A stretch of 23,001 nucleotides of DNA from Promethearchaeota archaeon (GTDB taxonomy: Archaea; Asgardarchaeota; Lokiarchaeia; Sigyniarchaeales; SOKP01), in the NCBI GenBank assembly GCA_016840085.1, contig JAEOTA010000038.1, forward strand, positions 1 through 23,001. The letters run 5' to 3'. Below the pieces are notes generated by a model. The model was given only the letters and a program-made list of their open reading frames with translations, was not told where the DNA came from and did not search any database. Shown here in pieces: positions 17,037-23,001 of this stretch (its first letter is position 1; every line of letters starts with the position of its first letter). The translations under genes were made by a program, and so were the position numbers.

Positions 17037-17696
17037 TTATGAAATGTTATAATAGACTATCCAAAAATAAGGTAAAGACTCCATTTCAAAATTTTTAACA
17101 CTAGTTCCAAGAGACTCCATAATTTCTTGTTTAGTGGGAAAATTTTTTAGTATCTCATATTCTTGTCCATCATCTAATTTTCTTATTTGATATGTATTTC
17201 CGTCGCTATCAGTTCGACTTATTGGTGTTGAGCTTCCCTCGCGATATCGGTTATCCATAAATATGATGAGAGCTTCTGGTTGAAATTTTGAATGAAAAAC
17301 ATCAAGAAAGCCTTTTAATTTTGATTTTAATATATGAGACCACCAAGAACCTGCATAGCCCGCGGAAAAAACACCCTGAGTCATATTTAACAAATATACA
17401 TCATCTTGGATAAAGATTACATTTTTTGAATGAATTAACTTATTTTTAGCTATTCGAAGGACTTCATTGTTAATATCCACTGCTGTGATAAATTTAGCAA
17501 CAGAAGCAATAGTTTTAGTCCAAAAGCCAGTCCCACATGCAATCTCAAGGACTCTATGTCCTTTTAGTAGATTTTTAAGTAATAAATGTATTTTTTTAAT
17601 ATCATCTTGACGCTCAGGTCTTAAATAAGTTTTATCATATTCTTTCGCTCGGTTAGCATAGTATTTTTGTATCTTTTTTTCAATTTTTTTGGGCAT
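17037..17696 (-). CDS. Class I SAM-dependent methyltransferase
   Basis: N-terminal YYANRAKEYD, motif I VLEIACGTG, ITAVDIN, FIQDDVY and WWSHI. Confidence 0.9.
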   Translation of the reverse strand: MPKKIEKKIQKYYANRAKEYDKTYLRPERQDDIKKIHLLLKNLLKGHRVLEIACGTGFWTKTIASVAKFITAVDINNEVLRIAKNKLIHSKNVIFIQDDVYLLNMTQGVFSAGYAGSWWSHILKSKLKGFLDVFHSKFQPEALIIFMDNRYREGSSTPISRTDSDGNTYQIRKLDDGQEYEILKNFPTKQEIMESLGTSVKNFEMESLPYFWIVYYNIS

Positions 17697-17964
17697 TTAT
17701 ATAGGTATTTAGATTTGTATTGGTATATAAAATTTGATTATACGACTTATTTAATTCTTTTCATTGTTGAAAGAATAGAATGTTAAAAAATAACCAGAAG
17801 ATACTGTTAAGAGATTGAAAGACTATTTTTCTTTAGAATAGAAACTATAACCTATGATCGGATTTTATTTTATAATTATTAGGCAGAGAGAATAAATAAA
17901 ATATTACAGAAAGTTTCTAAAACTCGAGTTTTTATTTTGTAAATATAAAATAACGAGTTGGGCA

Positions 17965-18789
17965 ATTATTACAGAAGATAAAATAATTTTAATCACAGGG
18001 TCTACAGATGGCATAGGATACCAAACTGCAATTGAACTTGTTAAATCTGGTTTTCATGTAATTGTACATGGAAGAAATCGGGAAAAAGCTGAAGGAACAT
18101 TGGAAAAAGCTAAAGAGATAACTAATAAAAATAATGTGAGTAGCGTTTATGGCGATCTTAGTTCTTTCAATGAAATAAAAGAAATGGTAAATGACATTTA
18201 CAACCGTTTTAATAGATTAGATGTGTTAATTAATAATGCCGGAGTTTATAGATCAACGCGAGATTTAACTCAAGAAGGATTAGAAGAAACTTTCGCGATA
18301 AATTATATAGCACCATTTATTCTCATGAATCTATTAATTGATTTATTGAAAAAAGCTAAATCAAGTAGAATAGCTAATGTAGTTTCTCGAGTTCATTCCA
18401 ATCAATTAAATTTCAATAATTTACAATTTGAAACAGGATATACGGGTGTGAAAGCATATGCTAGATCAAAAACATGTCTTATTATGTTTACATATCTTCT
18501 CGCTGATAAATTGAAAAATACAGAGATCACTGTGAATTGCCTTCATCCAGGGATTATTAATACAAAATTACAAAGAGCAGCTATAGGATCTGGTGGAGCA
18601 TCATTATTGGAAGGGGCTGAAACTCTAGTTTTTGCTGCTACAGCACCAGAATTAAAAAATTTAAGTGGAAAATATTTTATAAATAACAGTCCAAGACCTA
18701 CAAAAGATATTACTTATAATAAAGAGATACAGAACAAACTCTGGAAAAAAACAGAAGAACTTGTTGGAATGGAGTTTAATGAATTTTAG
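17965..18789 (+). CDS. Short-chain dehydrogenase/reductase (retinol-DH/WWOX-like SDR); N-terminus extends upstream of the called ORF
   Basis: The in-frame region upstream of 18100 reads IITEDKIILITGSTDGIGYQTAIELVKSGFHVIVHGRN (TGxxxGIG). Also LINNAG, catalytic YARSK and LHPG. The exact start is uncertain. Confidence 0.88.
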   Translation: MITEDKIILITGSTDGIGYQTAIELVKSGFHVIVHGRNREKAEGTLEKAKEITNKNNVSSVYGDLSSFNEIKEMVNDIYNRFNRLDVLINNAGVYRSTRDLTQEGLEETFAINYIAPFILMNLLIDLLKKAKSSRIANVVSRVHSNQLNFNNLQFETGYTGVKAYARSKTCLIMFTYLLADKLKNTEITVNCLHPGIINTKLQRAAIGSGGASLLEGAETLVFAATAPELKNLSGKYFINNSPRPTKDITYNKEIQNKLWKKTEELVGMEFNEF

Positions 18790-19028
18790 GATAGGAATTT
18801 TATAAACATATTAAATCATTTACAAGCTTGTTCTCTTAAGAATTTAGATAATATCTTATTAAATATAAGGCATAAATTTTTCTCTCTATATTTGTGTTGA
18901 AATAATGGGATAAGAAATTAATCAATTATTTTCTTATTTATAAGATTTTCAAGAATATAACTAATAGGGGATATAGTAAAATTTATAATTACCAAAATAG
19001 GTCAATACCAATCAATAATTGTCCAGAA

Positions 19029-19916
19029 GTGGAACATTGCTGTGAGAATCCATGTGTTATATATGAAGATGGAAATAAGGTCTGTACAAATTGCGGAACC
19101 ATTTTAGGGCAAATTTTTGTAGAAGATGAACGAAGAACTTATACAAAAGAAGAAGTTAATAAGAGAAGACAAACCGAACCTTCATGGAGAGATTTTGGTC
19201 CAAGAACTATTCTTCCAAGTAGTAAAATTGATTCAAAAGGAAAAGTAATAAATAGTAAGAAAGGTGTAATGTTTTCAAGGCTCTCAAAAATTCAAAGGTC
19301 TCTTATAAACTCATTAGAGAGGAATTTTTGGGAAGCAAAACCGAAATTAAAATTGTATGCCTCAAAACTTAATATTCCTGAATATATTATTGAAACTGCT
19401 TGGAGAATATACATTGAAGTAGCTAAGAAAAAACTAACAATGGGAAGATCAATTGATGGATTCATTGCCGCTTCATTATATGCAGCTATAAGAATTCATG
19501 AATTCCCAAAATTACTCGATGATGTATCTGATGCATCAATGATACCTAACCGCACACTATTTCGGTCCTTAGGTATGATTGTTAGGGAAATTCTTCCGGT
19601 TTTAGGTTTAGATTATCATCCAATTTCAGCTGAGCAGCTTGTATTTCTTTTTGGTAACAGGTTAGGATTGCCAGAAGAAATAAAAATCAAAGCTCTAAAA
19701 ATACTTAAAGTAACCTCTAAAAAGGGTTTATCCTTTATTGGAAAAGATCCTAAAGGTTTAGCTGCTGCTGTGCTATACTTGGTTGCTAAAGAAACTGTAT
19801 TTAAGAAGACTCAGGTTGAAGTAGCTCAAGCTGCAAAAGTAACTGAAGTAACATTAAGAAGTAGGGTAAAAGATATTAAAATTCTTTTAGATTACAAGTA
19901 TTTCACAACTAATTAG
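19029..19916 (+). CDS. tfb: Transcription initiation factor IIB (TFB) family protein
   Basis: Zn ribbon CC..(x)..VCTNCG. Cyclin repeats GRSIDGFIAASLY and GKDPKGLAAAVLY. C-terminal HTH TQVEVAQAAKVTEVTLRSR. Confidence 0.95.
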   Translation: MEHCCENPCVIYEDGNKVCTNCGTILGQIFVEDERRTYTKEEVNKRRQTEPSWRDFGPRTILPSSKIDSKGKVINSKKGVMFSRLSKIQRSLINSLERNFWEAKPKLKLYASKLNIPEYIIETAWRIYIEVAKKKLTMGRSIDGFIAASLYAAIRIHEFPKLLDDVSDASMIPNRTLFRSLGMIVREILPVLGLDYHPISAEQLVFLFGNRLGLPEEIKIKALKILKVTSKKGLSFIGKDPKGLAAAVLYLVAKETVFKKTQVEVAQAAKVTEVTLRSRVKDIKILLDYKYFTTN

Positions 19917-19991
19917 ATTCAGTAAATCGAGCTTAGGTCTTGTTCAAATCTATATTCCAAAGAAATCATATAAAGGATTGATTACCCAATT

Positions 19992-22049
19992 TTAAATTTT
20001 TTCAATATTTACGGGTATTTTCTTCAAAGATGGCATACGAGCTAATGGATCAAGAGGATAAGTACTAGTCAATTCATTGAAATTTATAAATTTAAAGAAA
20101 TGTATTGGAGCAAAAACAAAACCCTTTGGAACTTTCATCCCTTTAATTACTTTTATTGGAGAGACGACACTTCCATAAGGAGAATTAATTCTTATAAATG
20201 ATCCATCTGTTAAATGTAATAAGTTCGTATCAGATTCATTTAAAGCTACAAATCCATTTTTAACGTCTTTCGAAGTGATTTTACTTCTTAATGTCATCTC
20301 TCCAGTATTAAATTGCTCGTATAATCTATGAGTGACCAACATGTAAGGAAAATCACTAGTAATTTTAGTATAGGCAAATGGAGGTTTGACAGGATAAAAT
20401 CTTCCCCTTCCATCTTTGAATGAAAATCGATCCATATACAAACGCCTTGAACCTTCATCGTTCTCATTATGGATAGGCCAAAAGAGACCATTTGAGTTTT
20501 TAAGACGAGAATATGTAGCGCCTTTAAAAATGGGAACTATAGTTCTTATTTCATTCCAGATTTCCTCTGTATTTTTGTAATCCCACTTTTGATCCATAGA
20601 ATTAGCTAAGTCTTGAAGGATCTGCCAGTCAGGTTTAGCAAATTTATGAGGATCTATTGCTTTTTCTGTGTATTGTATTCTTCGATGCGCATTAGTAACT
20701 GTACCGCATTTTTCACCTAAAGCTGCTGCTGGAAATATAATATGTGCATATTTTGCAGTCTCTGTTAAAAAAATGTCTTGTACTATCAATAATTCAAGAT
20801 TTTGGAACATCCATTTAACAAAGGCGGATTGAGGTTCACTCAATACTGGATTTTCTCCAATAATATACAATGCCTTTATTTTTCCATCTAAAATTTTATG
20901 AATCATTTCTGTAGCACTAAGACCAGGTTCTTTTGGTAAGGATGTATTCCAATAACCTTCGAAATGAGTCAGGATTCCTTTATCTGTTGTATCATATCCT
21001 CCTGGTAATATGAAGGGAGAACAACCCATATCTGAAGCTCCTTGAACATTATTTTGACCTCTTAGAGGAACAATTCCTGTACCTCTTTTTCCTATATTTC
21101 CTGTTAGCAAAGCTAAATTGCCAATAGATAAAACGGCATCTGTTCCATTAGCATGTTGAGTAAGTCCCATTCCCCAAATAAAGATTGTTTTTTTCTTAGT
21201 AATCAAATTTGCTATTGAATTCAATTGATCAGTTGAAATATTTGTAGTTTTTTCAACAAAATCTTCGTTATAAATGCTCAAACTTTTTTTGAAGCCCTCA
21301 AATCCTATAGCCCTTTCCTCAATAAATTCATGATTGTATAGGTCTCGATCTATAATAATTTTGGACAAACCATTTATCCAGACTAAATCTGTTCCAGGAT
21401 TTGGTCTTAGTTTGATATCTGCCATTGATAATGCTTCAAAGATATCAGCTACTATTAGTATCTTTTTTGTCTTTCTTAATTTATTCCATACACCGGGATG
21501 AGTAAAACGAGTATTAGCTCCAATAAGAATGATAGCTTCGGCTTCTGTAAAATCATCGAAGCATGCTGATACAGCACCATAACCAAATTGCATTCTTAAA
21601 GCTATTTCACTAGGAGAATGACATAATCTAGCACATATATCTATATTGTGAGTTTTTATTACTGTACGTGCAAATTTTTGAGCTAAAAATGCTTCTTCAT
21701 TCAATATTTTGCCTGATGCTAGTATCCCTATAGAGTTCGGACCATATAAGTTGATAATTTCATATAATCTTTCCGCAGCTAATTTAATTGCTTCTTCCCA
21801 GCTTATTTTCTTAAAATCTTCACTCTCTTTATAAAGTGGTGTTTTTAAACGATCTTTATGATTTAAGATATCAGCAACTATTAATCCTTTTATACATATA
21901 AATTTACCATTCAAATCAGGATTTCTCCCTTTAACAACGACCTTTATTGGCTTACCATTACTAATTACCAATTCCGTATTACATCCAACACCACATATTG
22001 GGCAAACAATCGGTACATATTGTTCTTCTTTAGTTTTTTCGAGCGTCAT
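19992..22049 (-). CDS. fdhF: Molybdopterin oxidoreductase, formate dehydrogenase alpha subunit-like (Cys type)
   Basis: CPICGVGC...CIKG 4Fe-4S motif, CARLCH active site (TGT codon), WGMGLTQH, LRGQNNVQG, VQDIFLTETA and a C-terminal MGD-binding domain. Confidence 0.88.
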   Translation of the reverse strand: MTLEKTKEEQYVPIVCPICGVGCNTELVISNGKPIKVVVKGRNPDLNGKFICIKGLIVADILNHKDRLKTPLYKESEDFKKISWEEAIKLAAERLYEIINLYGPNSIGILASGKILNEEAFLAQKFARTVIKTHNIDICARLCHSPSEIALRMQFGYGAVSACFDDFTEAEAIILIGANTRFTHPGVWNKLRKTKKILIVADIFEALSMADIKLRPNPGTDLVWINGLSKIIIDRDLYNHEFIEERAIGFEGFKKSLSIYNEDFVEKTTNISTDQLNSIANLITKKKTIFIWGMGLTQHANGTDAVLSIGNLALLTGNIGKRGTGIVPLRGQNNVQGASDMGCSPFILPGGYDTTDKGILTHFEGYWNTSLPKEPGLSATEMIHKILDGKIKALYIIGENPVLSEPQSAFVKWMFQNLELLIVQDIFLTETAKYAHIIFPAAALGEKCGTVTNAHRRIQYTEKAIDPHKFAKPDWQILQDLANSMDQKWDYKNTEEIWNEIRTIVPIFKGATYSRLKNSNGLFWPIHNENDEGSRRLYMDRFSFKDGRGRFYPVKPPFAYTKITSDFPYMLVTHRLYEQFNTGEMTLRSKITSKDVKNGFVALNESDTNLLHLTDGSFIRINSPYGSVVSPIKVIKGMKVPKGFVFAPIHFFKFINFNELTSTYPLDPLARMPSLKKIPVNIEKI

Positions 22050-22124
22050 GAAGTTAAAAAAGAGTTTTTTGATTATCTAAATTACTTATTTTACTTTAAA
22101 AGGAAAAAGTTAGAAAGAATTTAT

Positions 22125-22415
22125 TTATTTTTCTCCTATTAATTCTTTAACTTCCTCTTTTCCCTCTTCTAATTCTTCTTGTTGTTGAGGATCATGCTTT
22201 AATAAAAGATATTGAAATTCACCTACATGTTCTTTTTCTTCTTTAGCTACGTCTAGAAGTACTACTTTCAAGTTTTTATTATCTGTAAGATTCGCCATTT
22301 GTTCATAAAGATTAATAGCATCTAACTCAGCTAAAATTGCTGTTCTAAGTATTTGTTTATCTAAATCTTCTTTCTTTACTTTTTCTAAGAGAATAGGTAT
22401 TTTTGCTAATGTCAT
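22125..22415 (-). CDS. Small ferritin-like protein (EncFtn/Flp-type, half rubrerythrin)
   Basis: AELDAINLYEQ and EEKEHVGEF di-iron motifs. 96 aa. SD GAGGTG upstream. Confidence 0.88.
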   Translation of the reverse strand: MTLAKIPILLEKVKKEDLDKQILRTAILAELDAINLYEQMANLTDNKNLKVVLLDVAKEEKEHVGEFQYLLLKHDPQQQEELEEGKEEVKELIGEK

Positions 22416-22964
22416 AACACACCTCTCTTGTTAAATTATTATCTATTTGATTTCTTATCTTGAAGATTATTTAGATAATATATAAAGATATTGCAATAAT
22501 TCTGTAGTGAACAGTATCTCAATTTAAGGTAATGAATTAAAACTAAATGATTTTATAATAATATCTTAATTTTCATTTATCTTTTATATGTTTTCTTGAA
22601 AAAAAATTGAATTTGAATAACAGATAAATAAAAATTTCTGAATTTTTGTTATGAGATTAAAGAAATTTCAGCAATTATCATAAACAAGATGAATTTTAAT
22701 ATTAAAAAAAATATAGATCATACAGAAAAAGAAGTAGGAATTTCTTTTGATTTTTGTACTGATAATTCAAAAGAATGTATAAAAAGGAATAAATTTGGTT
22801 AGTTAAAAAATTCAGTGATGGCAAAATGATTGGATTATAAATAATTTCCAATTTCGTGATAATGAGTATTTTCTACTCGAAATAATTAAGTCAGCCTTAA
22901 TTTCTTTCGATAAAAGGATTTTTGTAAAGGAAAGATTTATAGGGAGGTTTCCCATTAATTAATT

Positions 22965-23001
22965 ATGGCAATAACTAAAAATATGGGAAGAAACACTCCC
23001 A
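22965..23001 (+). CDS. Possible 5' end of a gene running off the window (MAITKNMGRNTP...)
   Basis: Open frame from ATG 22965 to the window edge, with GGGAGGT at 22942-22948. Too short to identify. Confidence 0.3.
   Translation, partial: MAITKNMGRNTP

Noticed and set aside
17037-17696. DNA methyltransferase partner for the nuclease cluster
   Set aside because: It lacks DPPY/NPPY or PC motifs, looks like a small-molecule class I methyltransferase, and is separated from the cluster by other genes.
17781-17840. Protein-like fragment VKK*PEDTVKRLKDYFSLE*
   Set aside because: Could be a gene remnant, but it is too short to distinguish from chance.
20294-20491. 65-aa minus-strand ORF
   Set aside because: Alternate frame inside the FDH gene with no supporting signal.
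21620-21640. Selenocysteine in FDH
   Set aside because: The active-site codon is TGT (Cys) and the ORF has no in-frame TGA.

Overview
A very AT-rich archaeal window. It carries an archaeal TFB, BRE/TATA-like promoters, and SIR2-TPR, LRR and standalone repeat proteins, which together suggest Asgard/Lokiarchaeia (taxonomy is an inference). It holds about 20 genes and no rRNA, tRNA, CRISPR array or recognisable transposase. Metabolic and housekeeping genes: an amidohydrolase pseudogene with two in-frame TAA stops, an HdrD/GlpC-like Fe-S/CCG oxidoreductase, a Ca/Na antiporter, a SAM methyltransferase, an SDR whose true start is non-canonical, a TFB paralogue, a Cys-type formate dehydrogenase alpha subunit and an EncFtn-like ferritin. 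The best candidate for an undescribed system is the nucleic-acid-processing cluster at 9051-15102. It has a two-gene operon (HeH/Rho_N-like + coiled coil + winged helix, then AAA+ ATPase + Mrr-like PD-(D/E)XK nuclease + winged helix), a divergently transcribed NERD nuclease-SF1 helicase, a DUF4313-like gene and a standalone five-finger topoisomerase C4 zinc-ribbon protein. Also notable: a SIR2(NADase)-TPR protein followed by an LRR protein, and an unannotated 52-aa AbrB-like gene with two nearby arrays of quasi-palindromic YYTATARR units at about 12-bp spacing over promoter-like sites. All family calls come from motif recognition by eye; no searches were run.
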